From Cyanidioschyzon merolae (Eukaryota), in assembly GCA_000091205.1 (NCBI GenBank), contig AP006498.2: 64,000 nucleotides of DNA; one strand, 5' to 3'. Shown one piece after another: positions 1 through 10,364 of the stretch; position 1 is the first letter of the stretch, and every line of letters begins with the position of its first letter. The position numbers and the translations under genes are program-made. Under the pieces are notes generated by a model. The model saw nothing but the letters and a program-made list of their open reading frames with translations. It was not told where the DNA came from and searched no databases.

Positions 1-845
1 TGATTCTTGAAAAGCTTCCCGAAGAGTACGACGCACGAGTAAAGGCCTTTGAGGTCGATGAAAGGCCCACGGAAGATTTCGCCGACATTGGCGGCTTGGA
101 CAAGCAGATCGAGGAAGTAATCGAAGCTGTTGTGCTGCCGATGACGCACAAACACTTGTTTGAACGGGTGGGAATCAAGCCCCCAAAAGGGGTGCTCATG
201 TATGGCCCGCCTGGAACTGGAAAGACGCTCCTTGCTCGCGCGTGTGCAGCACAAACCAAAGCCACATTTCTGAAACTAGCGGGAACCTCACTCGTTCAGA
301 TGTTTATCGGAGATGGTGCCCGTCTTGTGCGAGATGCATTCGCACTGGCAAAGAAAAAGGCGCCGTCTATCATTTTCATCGATGAACTGGATGCAATTGG
401 TACGAAACGTTTCGATTCAGATCGCAGTGGTGATCGCGAAACACAACGCACCATGCTCGAGTTGTTGAACCAACTTGATGGATTCGATCAGAACGATGAC
501 GTTCGCGTCCTTGCTGCGACGAACAGACCAGATATCCTGGATGCAGCACTGATGCGTAGCGGTCGACTCGATCGGAAGATCGAGTTTCCCCATCCCGATG
601 AAGCTGCTCGGGCGCGGATTCTGCGCATCCATTCACGGAAGATGAACGTTCACCCTGACGTATCCTACGAGGAACTTGCTCGCTCAACAGACGATTTTAA
701 CGCAGCAATGTTGAAGGCGGTTTGCGTGGAAGCTGGGATGGCGGCGTTGCGTGCGGATCGAAAGGTTGTGATTCACGAGGATTTCATCGATGGGATTGCG
801 GCTGTGCAAGCGAAGAAGAAAATGAGTTTGAACTACTATGCGTGA
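1..845 (+). CDS. RPT5: 26S proteasome regulatory subunit Rpt5 (PSMC3-type AAA ATPase); 5' end outside window
   Basis: Open in frame from position 3. Translation [39 protein letters not shown]...[13 protein letters not shown] (Walker A)...[17 protein letters not shown]...ends [23 protein letters not shown]. This is the PSMC3/Rpt5-specific C-terminus; stop at 843-845. The 96 start in the ORF track is a TTG, not a real start. Confidence 0.93.
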   Translation, partial: ILEKLPEEYDARVKAFEVDERPTEDFADIGGLDKQIEEVIEAVVLPMTHKHLFERVGIKPPKGVLMYGPPGTGKTLLARACAAQTKATFLKLAGTSLVQMFIGDGARLVRDAFALAKKKAPSIIFIDELDAIGTKRFDSDRSGDRETQRTMLELLNQLDGFDQNDDVRVLAATNRPDILDAALMRSGRLDRKIEFPHPDEAARARILRIHSRKMNVHPDVSYEELARSTDDFNAAMLKAVCVEAGMAALRADRKVVIHEDFIDGIAAVQAKKKMSLNYYA

Positions 846-930
846 TACGACCCGAAAGGTTGTGATTCACGAGAATTTCATCGATAGGATTGCGGGTGTA
901 CAAGCGAAGAACAAGATGCGTTTGAAGAAC
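846..930 (+). repeat. Decayed tandem duplicate of the last ~75 bp of the Rpt5 CDS, sitting in the 3' UTR
   Basis: Region 760-840 (cgaaaggttgtgattcacgaggatttcatcgatgggattgcggctgtgcaagcgaagaagaaaatgagtttgaa) recurs at 853-925 with about 88% identity. It encodes RKVVIHENFIDRIAGVQAKNKMRLKN. Confidence 0.7.
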
Positions 931-1523
931 GACGCGGGAACGCGGTTGTGTTTTGGCTACGCGGTGCCACAGAATCACACCGCGAGCGTAGCACCGGGAT
1001 TGCAGCCTGTTCAAAAGTGTGACTAGATTTTCCAGACAAGTTGCACTTGGATCGCTCCGTATTGTGAACCGGATCATTCCTGCACCCGACAATTGAGGCA
1101 TGGTCGGGTTGTGCTGCAAGCAGCTGTCCGGTGAGCGGTGCTCATGGGTACCTTACCATTACGTTTACTCAAAGCGCCGAATACCATATGGATATTGAAA
1201 CCAGGCTCCCAAGCTCCTGACCACTTTCATGTACCTCATTGGTTACATCATGCTCGAACTTGTCCGTGAATACAGTGAAAAGCGATTCAGTTTCGAGCGA
1301 GACAGGTGTACCATGGTGATTGCGACGTTCCCCGCTGAAGCATGGCGAGAGCCTCGTCGAACTGCCTTCTCAACAAGGTATCAAAGAACAGCAAATACAA
1401 CCCTTGATTTTGGCGCATGTCTGTGCGAGCTTTTGGTTGCAATTTGACGACGAAAATGAGTCACAAATCGACATTCACTGCTCTTCTCATTTCAAGAGTG
1501 CACATCTAGAAAGTTCCGAAAGC

Positions 1524-1546
1524 GCAGCAGCAGCAGCAGCAGCAGT
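1524..1546. repeat. (CAG)n microsatellite
   Basis: gcagcagcagcagcagcagcag. Confidence 0.9.
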
Positions 1547-2384
1547 TTCAGATATGGCGACAGCCTGATGCCCGGCCCTCCGCAATACCATTCTCGATGC
1601 ACTTCGAATTGCGGAACTACGTGCGAACAGCACGTGCGCGACCTCGTTCACAAGCAGTGCGATGTGCTGACCATCCCCGAAAAACCGCTGATACACGACG
1701 TAAAGCCACACGGCGAAAGCCTCTGAGCGTAGCTACCCCATGGGACGACATTGCGCACCGAGCAGGGAGTCAAGAACTTGCCCCGTCTACTCCGAGAAAC
1801 GAAATTGCATATGTGCGTTGCTGCAGACGCCTCCCGCCAATACCTGGCGAGTGCGGGAACGCATCCACGCTGACGAACACACGTTGTGCCGGTGCCATGT
1901 GATCCCGCATCACTTTATCGACTCATATTGTGGCATTCGAGACGCCGGATTCGCGATACCCTTTGTTTCCATACTTTGCATACCAGATGCAGCAGTGAAT
2001 GCAGCGCGGAATGATGCAGCGTGCACCTTTCTCGTCGAAAATCTCAATGACCACAGCTGCACGAGGCGCAGGCGTCCTTCACCCGCGTCCGATGCATATG
2101 GAACACGGAACGACTTGCCGGGTTCCTGAATGGAGTTTTTTTTGCGAAAGCTTTTCAGATGCACAGTTTCGAGAATCGCATCGCAGCAATTAGAGATGAT
2201 GGACGCAAACGTGGTCTCCGGATCCTCGCAAGCCTTCTCGGAATGGATCATATGACGCTTTGCAAATGGAACCTGGTTACGACACCGGAAGCGAGATGAA
2301 TCGCGATTTGTCGAATAACGCTTCGTAAATCAACCGATATCATTACCAAGTGCATTCTCGCAAGCATCAAAGCTTCTGCTGTTG

Positions 2385-2900
2385 TTTCCTTTTCGTGCAG
2401 CATGCTCAAAGCACGCATTTTTCAGGTTTCGATTCTTTTAGGCAACACGAGGGCGCAGCCATTGGAGCCATCCATTGACGACGAAAGAAAATCGATTTCG
2501 TCTCTTGACGACTCGTTCATTGGTTCATGCGGCAAGCACCTTGAACAAGTCATATCAATGAATCGACTCCGTTCGATAGCCGAATGCTCCTCTCCTCCTG
2601 GCCATTGATGAAACGATATTCCACGACAGTATGATGCCTCTGATGAGATATGCGCTGAGCGGCTCTCGTACGTGCTGGCTGCGTTTCACAGGATCTTGAA
2701 CTCGGACTTGAGTCATCCCAGCGATCGAGTAAGCGGAGAGTGCGTCGTCGCTTTACACGAACGGAGCATTGACGGATCGAAGGCATATCCAACATTCTAT
2801 TCTCCTGCAGCGGAGGCGCTCTTCCTCGCCCGGTCTAAACACCTTTTGCAGACTGACAATATGGGCGGACCTATATTCTGATAAGCGCCTCCTCGACAGA
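2385..2900 (+). mobile_element. TnpB/Fanzor-like element relic, copy I (internally deleted, degenerate)
   Basis: Head gcatgctcaaagcacgcatttttcaggtttcgattc is homologous to the heads at 10371, 60199 and 57988. Internal blocks (ttcattggttcatgcggcaagcaccttgaacaagtca; cattgatgaaacgatattccacga; gagtgcgtcgtcgctttacacgaacgg) match copies II/IV, but with about 250-bp internal deletions. No intact ORF. Confidence 0.45.
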
Positions 2901-4678
2901 GTCAATCTTCACGACAGTGCTGTTCCATAAACCTTATCATTGCAAATCGAACAAGACGTTTGGTATGGAGATCTGGATCGACCTCCAAAGCACATGTCTC
3001 TCATGTTGCTGCTGCTGCTGCTGCACGGTGTGTCAGTCAGCCGAAGATCGATGCGTCTATTGTTCGTGAAACAAAAATGTTTCATGACCCTGGCAGGTAT
3101 ACATTTACCCATTTACAGACGCCTTCCAGCCATTTTGGACCCGTCCCCTGCTACCGATTTCAGTTTCTCCTTGCACATCTCGAGCATGAGAGGCTGCCTC
3201 ACAAAGTCAGCTCGTGTCAGTTTTTCGGGTCTCGTCTTCAGTGCCACACATCTTCTGATACTGATGGCGGCTTTGAAGCCTCGGCTCACGTGCTCCATGC
3301 GTGCTCCCGCGCTGGTTAAACTTGCCGATGCAAGGATTCCACCGACTCGTGCCCGTTACGCTACTACAGTCCCGTCATCGGTCCGTCGAGGCGAACACTT
3401 TTTGCCGCCTATCTCCCCTCATGATCGTAGTCGTCGTCACTTGCTCTTCTTCGCTCGATACTCCGCGAGAAGAGGTTTTTTTCCTTGATTAGGCATCCGA
3501 GGATGACGGCCCTCCAGGATCCTCGACTTTTACGCACATACCTTTTCCTTAGATTTTTTTATTTATTCAGATGAACCCACTTCTTTATGCACATAGGTGT
3601 GGACCTACGCGGAGCGACTAGAACTTGTGGAAAAAAGAAATTATATGCCCGGCTTGCTACGGTGTGCTGAAAGCTCCAGCGATTCGTCCAGTGGAGCAAT
3701 CATGATACGTTTCACGATAGAAACTACGCCTTCGATTGAATTCAACCTCGGAGCGAATGGATTCATGAAAAGCAGCTCTACACGGTTGCATTCGCGAAAG
3801 CTCGAACGCAACGGGAATGGTGAAATGCCGCGTTGTCGAATAGGAGGACGTCGCCAGACGTCAGCGGAAAAATCCCCAATAATCCGTCGAAGTCGGTGCT
3901 GTTGTACGAGCCTCTTCTACGAGCGAAACTGAGGCGGCCAAATGGATCCACTCTATCTCGAACAGATGAAGGTATCGTCGTTCTCCTCGAGTTCAATCGT
4001 ACACACAACGATCCTTCTACTCTCCGCGAGTACCCATGTAGGGTCCGAACGTCCCGTCCGCAGCAAGTCTCAGCGACTGAAAAACACAAACCGACGTCTC
4101 CGTACAACATAACTATCGCGACGTTCCCGGAACGGTGTAGGTGCAATTTCGGTGAAAGATAGCCGTGGGTGAACTAGGACTCTCTTCTCTTGCGACGGTA
4201 TCCCAATGCTTCCAGAACCCAATGAATTAGTTATTGAGAACCGAAGAGAGCGCGAGAGAGACGCGTATGCCAACTAGAATCGTCGTTTTTGCTTTTCGTA
4301 AAGTGACCAACGGGTCGATTCCTACCGTTGACCAAAGGCACGCTTAGAGCACACTAGTTTTCGCGCAGTGCGCATCTACTTGTTTCTGTCAGTGCTCCTC
4401 AGCTATCAGAGTACTGTGGTATGACTGACCTGAATGAGGAATGCAGAGTCCCCCGCACCACTCAGTAAAGAATATATATCCTAGAGCCAATTCGTCTCCG
4501 ATCTATACAACGCATTGCACCGTAACGTCGACCTCCTGCCACACACTGCGAACTAGCATTCCATAAGAGGCAGTGGCGTTGGAACAACCTCTCGCTGGAC
4601 GCATCTAGCGAACTTCAACGTTCGACGCGCAAGGATTCCGGATGCTATTCTTGTACGCGTTCGTACTGCCGTCGAGGG

Positions 4679-6472
4679 ATGCTTTCACCCACACTTGCCG
4701 ACTCTTTGGCTCTTTTTGTAGGCTCTAAGTTGCCTGTTTGCATCGGGAATAGCGCAGGTGACCAACCTAGCCACCATTTTTGTACAGCAGGTGTTTACCG
4801 AAGGCAGGGAACGAGCAACTCAGCACGCTGGCACTCACGAAGAACCTCGGTTCGTCGGCCGCCACGCGCCTGCGAAGAGTTCGGTCCCCGAAAGACAGGG
4901 GGTAGTTTGCGTGATTCATCCAAAATTGACTCGAGTCATATTTATAATGTAGGGGCGCGAGACACTGCCCGCGACTTGTTCGAACTAGAACCCTTCATGC
5001 AAAACCTGAGAGAGATTTGCGAGGTCTTCGAGGGAAGCATCGCAGCAACCCTTGAGCGAAATCTTATGCTAACGCCTTCCATTGTTCTCATTCGACGCCT
5101 GCATCACAAAGCGATTCTTAACTTTTCGGAGCCGCGAGTTTTGGTACCCACTGCTGTTGCCGAGCAGGCCGCACCGTCAGACTTTGTGCAAGTTCCAGCA
5201 GTCTATGCTGTCCTGGACGGCCCGTCGTGGCGGTATGGTGAACCTTCCTACGAAGAAGAGAGTCTGCAAGATATTCCAATAGACCCGTCGAAGATCAAGC
5301 GCGTTCCGTTGGAGCCCAATGAACGTCGCCTCTATCCTTTTGCAGACTATGTCCTGCAGTACGGCGAAAAGCGCGTTCCGGTCCGCAGCGCTCCAATGGG
5401 GCGAATCGATCAAAAGCGCCTGCGTCGAAACCGTGTCTCCGTCCAGTATATTGGCACCAGTCCTAATGTGGCGCTTAGCGTTCGCCACCACTTGCAACGG
5501 TTCGGCCCCGATACTTGCCAGTTCGTGCGAGTGTGTGTGTTCCCTTCAATGGACGTAGCCAATATGGAGGCCCTGAAGCAGGCGTGGATAGCAGAGATCG
5601 GCTATACTCCTCGAGGAAATCGCACCCAAGATCCGGCGCTAGCCACGTATGTTCAACAGTGGCAAGCTGCTCACGAATGGCTCAACGGTGTGCATCAGTG
5701 TAGCAGCGAGCCGACGCCGCCTCGCAGCGAGCCCGCTGCACAACAAGCCGATGAGACGAACGATGAGGCGCAAGCGCCAACGATACCGTCCCGATCGAAT
5801 AACGTCGGCACAGGGACGTACCCGATGCCACCCGCGGAGGCCTCTGCGAACACGAACTCGCTTCCATCGAGCGCAGCGGAAGCCGCAGCTTGTAGCGGCA
5901 CCGAGGACGAGCAACGTGTCGTATCGCCGTTCCGTAACGAGTCCGTACAGGCTGGCGTCTGCAACGGCCCAGATACGAGGTTGCCGCTTAGTGTGACCAC
6001 GGTTGAGGCGGCGCTTTCGGAAGTTCGCCCGCTCCTCCAAAAAGATGGTGGTGACGTGCAGGTGGTAAGTGTGGATCCCGAGAACGCCACTGTGAGGCTC
6101 CAGTTCCTCGGTGCCTGCGCCTCATGTCCAGCACTGGAGGATACAGTTCGTTTTGGCGTGGAGATTGCTTTACGCAAGTACTTTGGCGAGGAACGCGTTC
6201 GAAACATCGAGCTCGTCCCGGTTACCGAATCCACGCTCTGGGAGCAGAACAACAAAAAACTACTCGAGTCGTGCGAGGTCGTTCTCGATGAGTTGCGGCC
6301 ATCGCTTTTCGCACAAGAGGCTGTTTTTGAGCTAGAGCGCGTTGAACGCGGCGTTCTTTACCTTCGATACAGCAGCTCTGATGATGTTCTGTACCAGATT
6401 TCGCGCATTATTTCCGAACGAGTGCGAGGCATTCTTCGAATCGATGCAAGGCCCTTTGACGACCATGAATAA
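4679..6472 (+). CDS. NFU: NFU-domain iron-sulfur cluster scaffold protein, plastid-type (NFU domain plus a degenerate second NFU-like domain); true start probably internal
   Basis: The C-terminal region carries the canonical NFU domain: ...LLQKDGGDVQVVSVDPENATVRLQFLGACASCPALEDTVRFGVEIALRKYF. A second, CxxC-less NFU-like repeat follows (VVLDELRPSLFAQEAVFELERVERGVLYLRY), as in plant plastid NFU1-3. An S/T/A-rich stretch upstream resembles a transit peptide. The N-terminal ~300 codons of the ORF are unrecognisable and may not be coding. Confidence 0.7.
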   Translation: MLSPTLADSLALFVGSKLPVCIGNSAGDQPSHHFCTAGVYRRQGTSNSARWHSRRTSVRRPPRACEEFGPRKTGGSLRDSSKIDSSHIYNVGARDTARDLFELEPFMQNLREICEVFEGSIAATLERNLMLTPSIVLIRRLHHKAILNFSEPRVLVPTAVAEQAAPSDFVQVPAVYAVLDGPSWRYGEPSYEEESLQDIPIDPSKIKRVPLEPNERRLYPFADYVLQYGEKRVPVRSAPMGRIDQKRLRRNRVSVQYIGTSPNVALSVRHHLQRFGPDTCQFVRVCVFPSMDVANMEALKQAWIAEIGYTPRGNRTQDPALATYVQQWQAAHEWLNGVHQCSSEPTPPRSEPAAQQADETNDEAQAPTIPSRSNNVGTGTYPMPPAEASANTNSLPSSAAEAAACSGTEDEQRVVSPFRNESVQAGVCNGPDTRLPLSVTTVEAALSEVRPLLQKDGGDVQVVSVDPENATVRLQFLGACASCPALEDTVRFGVEIALRKYFGEERVRNIELVPVTESTLWEQNNKKLLESCEVVLDELRPSLFAQEAVFELERVERGVLYLRYSSSDDVLYQISRIISERVRGILRIDARPFDDHE

Positions 6473-6857
6473 GCCGGTTGCAGTACGCTTGATCTGATTC
6501 GTCTAAAACGGATACATGATCGTTGACTAGACGCGAACTCGAACGGGAATCCGAGTATGCGTCATTGCCTCGAGTACGACATGTGCTCCATCTGCTGCTG
6601 CTGCTGCTGCTGCTGCCTGAAAGTCGCGAGCATGCTTTCAACGCCGAGAGTTACATCCCAGTCGACTATGCACACCAGAATCTGGGCAAGCGGACACTGT
6701 ATAAATATTCCGAGTTGGCGACACGTTCTCTGAAGCGCAATATGACTCACTTTTGCTGGAAAATCGACCGGTTCTGGCGACCTTCCGCTAAAATATACAG
6801 CATAAGCGTATCGAAACACGTCGCTTCCCGGCCTTGCCACGGACAAGTGAAACTTAC

Positions 6858-6905
6858 CTGCCTACCTATCTTCCTTCCTTCCTTCCTGCCTGCCTGCCTG
6901 CCGGC
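6858..6905. repeat. (CCTT)n(CCTG)n polypyrimidine tract
   Basis: ccttccttccttccttcctgcctgcctgcctgcc. Confidence 0.85.
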
Positions 6906-7777
6906 TCGCAGGTGCACAAACGACGTCTCTATCCAACAGTCGGGTGCCTCTGTTCGCCGCTTTGCTTTCGTGTGCGCCGACGAATACTTTCGTACCAAGT
7001 TTGTCGCCGGGGAACTTCAGGCATCCGGTCAAGCTTCCCGAGAGTCGGTCTGAGCGCAGCACTCGGAACGGACTCTGCCCTTCTGGGAGAGCTGGTTCCT
7101 TGCTGTCAAATGGCAATACGGAGCGCCCGCAGCTCCCGTCTGGAGGCCTTGGGGCCTCTAGGCTGTGCGCCGCTGAATGAACTTACAACGCAAACCACTG
7201 TTATTGTTTCCCTACGCAAGGATCAATTCATGTTCCTTCAGCTTCCGCAAGGCCGCTCTGCGTCTAAAGTCCCCGCAACTTTGCTACACTGCTCGCGACG
7301 CCTTGCTAGCTTGCACACCTAAAGTGTTCCTGTTCGAAAATAGTGCAGTTGCTATGACTCCCCGGTCCTTTGCATGCTCCCGAATACTGTTCTTCAGTGC
7401 TCGTGTATCCAGCTTGAGTGCCTGCAATAGCCAAGGGCCGTTGGGGACGTGCACCATCAGCGTCTAGCTTGCCCTCCTGACAGTGCGAGGGTACACAAGG
7501 GCTTGTCTCGGACCGCGCTTGAGCCTCCAACTGTAGGCCGCAGCCCCGTATGTGATACCACGATACCCTGACACGTCCCGTGAACACAGTCGTCACGTGA
7601 GCACCAAAATGCGTTACGTCCTAGCGTACGTCATAAACTGCTGCTTTTTCCGACGCTGCATACCGTGTCGTCGCATGCCAGCTGGCCAGGGAGGCGTCTG
7701 AGCGCCCGCCCTCACATGAACAGGCCGTTGTTCCACAGCGGCACCGTGCGTCGTTGTCTGCAGCGTGAAAACCTCCC

Positions 7778-9922
7778 ATGGGTTTTGCTTTTTCAGCCAA
7801 AGGGGAATTCTTTACACCCTGCGAACCACAGAAAACGTATGTAAGTGGTCTGAGCAACCAAAGATGCGTTCAGCAGCGAACACCGCGTTTCCTCTTTAGG
7901 AGAGGGGGCTGCTGTCGCAGTTGCCGTCGCTGCTGCAACGTGCAGCCACTGCAGCGGCGACTCGTGAGCCGCTTGGAGGAAAAAAGACCCACTGAAGAAA
8001 AATCTGATGCACACGGACCGAATCCTCTCAAATCAGGCTCTCCGTTGTCGTTTGGGACCTTCTTGAAGAGCCGGTTCCAGGAGTTCCGACGCTTCTTGGC
8101 TGAACCCGTGCGAATCTCCGTTCCCAAACCGCTTTTGATCATAGTCGGCGTTGTGGGTAGCATCTTCGTGATCGCTTTCGTATCCTATGCTCCGGACTGG
8201 AAAACCGAGTCGAAAATCCGTGAAAAGGTAGCTTTATTCGACTTTATCCTCACGGATATTGTGCACGGCTACGTGGACCCCGTTGATACTGACCAACTTT
8301 TCGAGGCCGGAGTCGATGGGATGCTTGGCTCTCTTGATCCTTATACCCAGTTTGAGGGAAATATTGCTGCTAGGGAAATGCAACTCAAAACCTCCGGACG
8401 ATACGGCGGTGTGGGGCTTGGTATCGCACAAAGCATTTTGCAACCCGAAGAGACAGTGGTGCTGAACGCTTTCGAAGGCTATGCTTTCGACCGCGGTGTC
8501 CGAGCCGGCGACGTCATTGTGGAAGTTGACGGCACACCGGTACGCGGTATGCCACTGGACAAAGTAACGGAGCTTTTGCGTGGCGAGCCCGGTACGCTGG
8601 TGCGCGTGCGCCTCGCCCGGGAAACGCGAGCACCCGACGGCAGTCGACGTCTCTTTGACGTGGTGCTCCCGCGTCGCCTCGTTACCATCCATGATGTGCC
8701 GCTCTACGGTATGATTAGAAGCTACGATGGAGTCGGTTACATTCGGCTGCAGTCGTTTGCAACGAATGCAGGTCGGGAACTGCGAGCTGCTATTGATAAC
8801 ATGGTTCGAACGGGTCGATTGAAGGCCCTCGTACTGGATCTACGCAATAACCCCGGCGGCTTGTTGGACGCTGCCGTGGAAACCGCAGAGGCGCTTGTTC
8901 CCAAAGATTCAGCTATTGTGAGCACCAAAGGCCGCGCGCTCGGAGAGACCGTCTTCATGAGTGATCGGGAGCCGTCCTTGCCGGCGGATGTTCGACTCGT
9001 GGTGCTCACGAACGAGCAGACTGCCTCTGCAGCGGAGATCGTCGCTGGTGCTGTTCAAGACCTCGATCGCGGCGTTATTGTCGGAACGCGCACTTTCGGC
9101 AAGGGTCTCGTTCAGAATGTGGAGCCTTTACCCTATAACACCGCGCTCAAGTATACGGTTGGCAAATATTATACACCATCGGGACGCTGTATCCAGTCCG
9201 TGAACTACAAAGAGGGAAGCGCGCTGACAGCCGCGCTGCCGGAAGCCGAGAGCGGTCGACCTTTTCTGGATCCTTCGGGGACGTTGGTACCGGCGTTACC
9301 GCCAGCAAACGGAGCAGCGCGCTACCTGTCAACGAAAGTTCCCGAGTCGGAGCGCAAAACCTTTCGCACACTGCATGGACGCATCGTTCGTGACGGTGGT
9401 GGCATTGAGCCCGACATGGAATCCACTGTAACGAAACCGAGTGAGCTGGAGCTGCAGTTATTAGAGGGGGGCAAGTTTTTCTTTTTTGCAAATCGGTACG
9501 CTGCAGGCATATCAAGCCTCCCCGAGGACTTCGAGGTCGACGACAAGCTGTACAAGGAGTTCCAGCGATACGTTCTCGAAGATGCTAGCAAATGGCGAGA
9601 GCACACCCGATTTGAGCCAGGTTTGAAGCTGTTCACGAGCACTTTTGCAGAGGCAGGCTACAAGAATGCTGAAAAGGAACTAGAACATCTGCGAGAGACC
9701 ATTGTCACTGAACTCAAGCAGGACTTTGAACGGCACGCCGATGCCATTCGGCAGCGATTGGAGGATGCCATTCGACAGCGCTTTGAGCCAGAGAGCCGCC
9801 GACTCTCTGCAGCCCTTCGGTACGACAAGGTACTTCAGGATGCATTGCGGCTTTTGACGGAGAAACAAGGCGAAGCGTATGAGCGTCTGCTGCAACCAGC
9901 AGCCGAGACTGCACAAACCTGA
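7778..9922 (+). CDS. CTPA: S41-family C-terminal processing peptidase (CtpA/tail-specific protease-like), with N-terminal TM segment and long C-terminal extension
   Basis: PDZ region GVGLGIAQ...GDVIVEVDGTPVRGMPLDKV. S41 core GYIRLQSF...LVLDLRNNPGGLLDAAVE...VVLTNEQTASAAEIVAGAVQDLDRGVIVGTRTFGKGLVQ (Ser/Lys dyad region)...GRIVRDGGGIEPD. Predicted TM helix LLIIVGVVGSIFVIAFVSY near the N-terminus. Confidence 0.85.
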   Translation: MGFAFSAKGEFFTPCEPQKTYVSGLSNQRCVQQRTPRFLFRRGGCCRSCRRCCNVQPLQRRLVSRLEEKRPTEEKSDAHGPNPLKSGSPLSFGTFLKSRFQEFRRFLAEPVRISVPKPLLIIVGVVGSIFVIAFVSYAPDWKTESKIREKVALFDFILTDIVHGYVDPVDTDQLFEAGVDGMLGSLDPYTQFEGNIAAREMQLKTSGRYGGVGLGIAQSILQPEETVVLNAFEGYAFDRGVRAGDVIVEVDGTPVRGMPLDKVTELLRGEPGTLVRVRLARETRAPDGSRRLFDVVLPRRLVTIHDVPLYGMIRSYDGVGYIRLQSFATNAGRELRAAIDNMVRTGRLKALVLDLRNNPGGLLDAAVETAEALVPKDSAIVSTKGRALGETVFMSDREPSLPADVRLVVLTNEQTASAAEIVAGAVQDLDRGVIVGTRTFGKGLVQNVEPLPYNTALKYTVGKYYTPSGRCIQSVNYKEGSALTAALPEAESGRPFLDPSGTLVPALPPANGAARYLSTKVPESERKTFRTLHGRIVRDGGGIEPDMESTVTKPSELELQLLEGGKFFFFANRYAAGISSLPEDFEVDDKLYKEFQRYVLEDASKWREHTRFEPGLKLFTSTFAEAGYKNAEKELEHLRETIVTELKQDFERHADAIRQRLEDAIRQRFEPESRRLSAALRYDKVLQDALRLLTEKQGEAYERLLQPAAETAQT

Positions 9923-9955
9923 ACCTCATTTGTAGGAGGATGCGCACCAGCAGGT

Positions 9956-9956
<1 letters not shown>

Positions 9957-9999
<43 letters not shown>

Positions 10000-10000
10000 T
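9957..10000. repeat. (CAG)n(TAG)n microsatellite immediately 3' of the peptidase stop
   Basis: cagcagcagcagcagcagcagcagcagtagtagtagtagt. Confidence 0.9.
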
Positions 10001-10364
10001 CGAGCCAAGTGCGCTGCTGCGGAAGTGCTCCGAATGGCTTCGCAATAGCGCCCTGCACCTCTGTCAGATTCAAATGGAACACAAAACTGCTCGCCATGTT
10101 CCTGTGTTGAGGCTTTTTAACCAAAGTCTGTTCAGGCGCAGAGCCTCGACATGCGTAACGCAGCACAACGAGTTCAGGAATTCATGATTAGCTATAGGAT
10201 TCTAGGTCGTCGTTCCGGAATGGCTCATTGGATTCTTTCCCGCTGGAATTTATTGAGTCATTCACAGCAAATTGATCGGCGACGCCCTCGAACAAGAATT
10301 CGTAATAAAAAACTGATACCATGATCTAGTTTATTCGTACAAGCCGGGTATCATGTCCTCCTTT

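Noticed and set aside
96-98. ORF-track start codons at 96 (Rpt5) and 58941 (phosphatase)
   Set aside because: Both are TTG codons accepted by the ORF finder. The Rpt5 reading frame is open back to position 3, so the gene starts outside the window. The phosphatase most plausibly starts at the ATG at 59010, after the (CAA)9 tract.
4290-4330. tRNA-like T-arm (gggtcgattcc)
   Set aside because: The flanking sequence forms an aacgg...ccgtt hairpin with an 11-nt loop and there is no acceptor stem complementarity. Not a tRNA.
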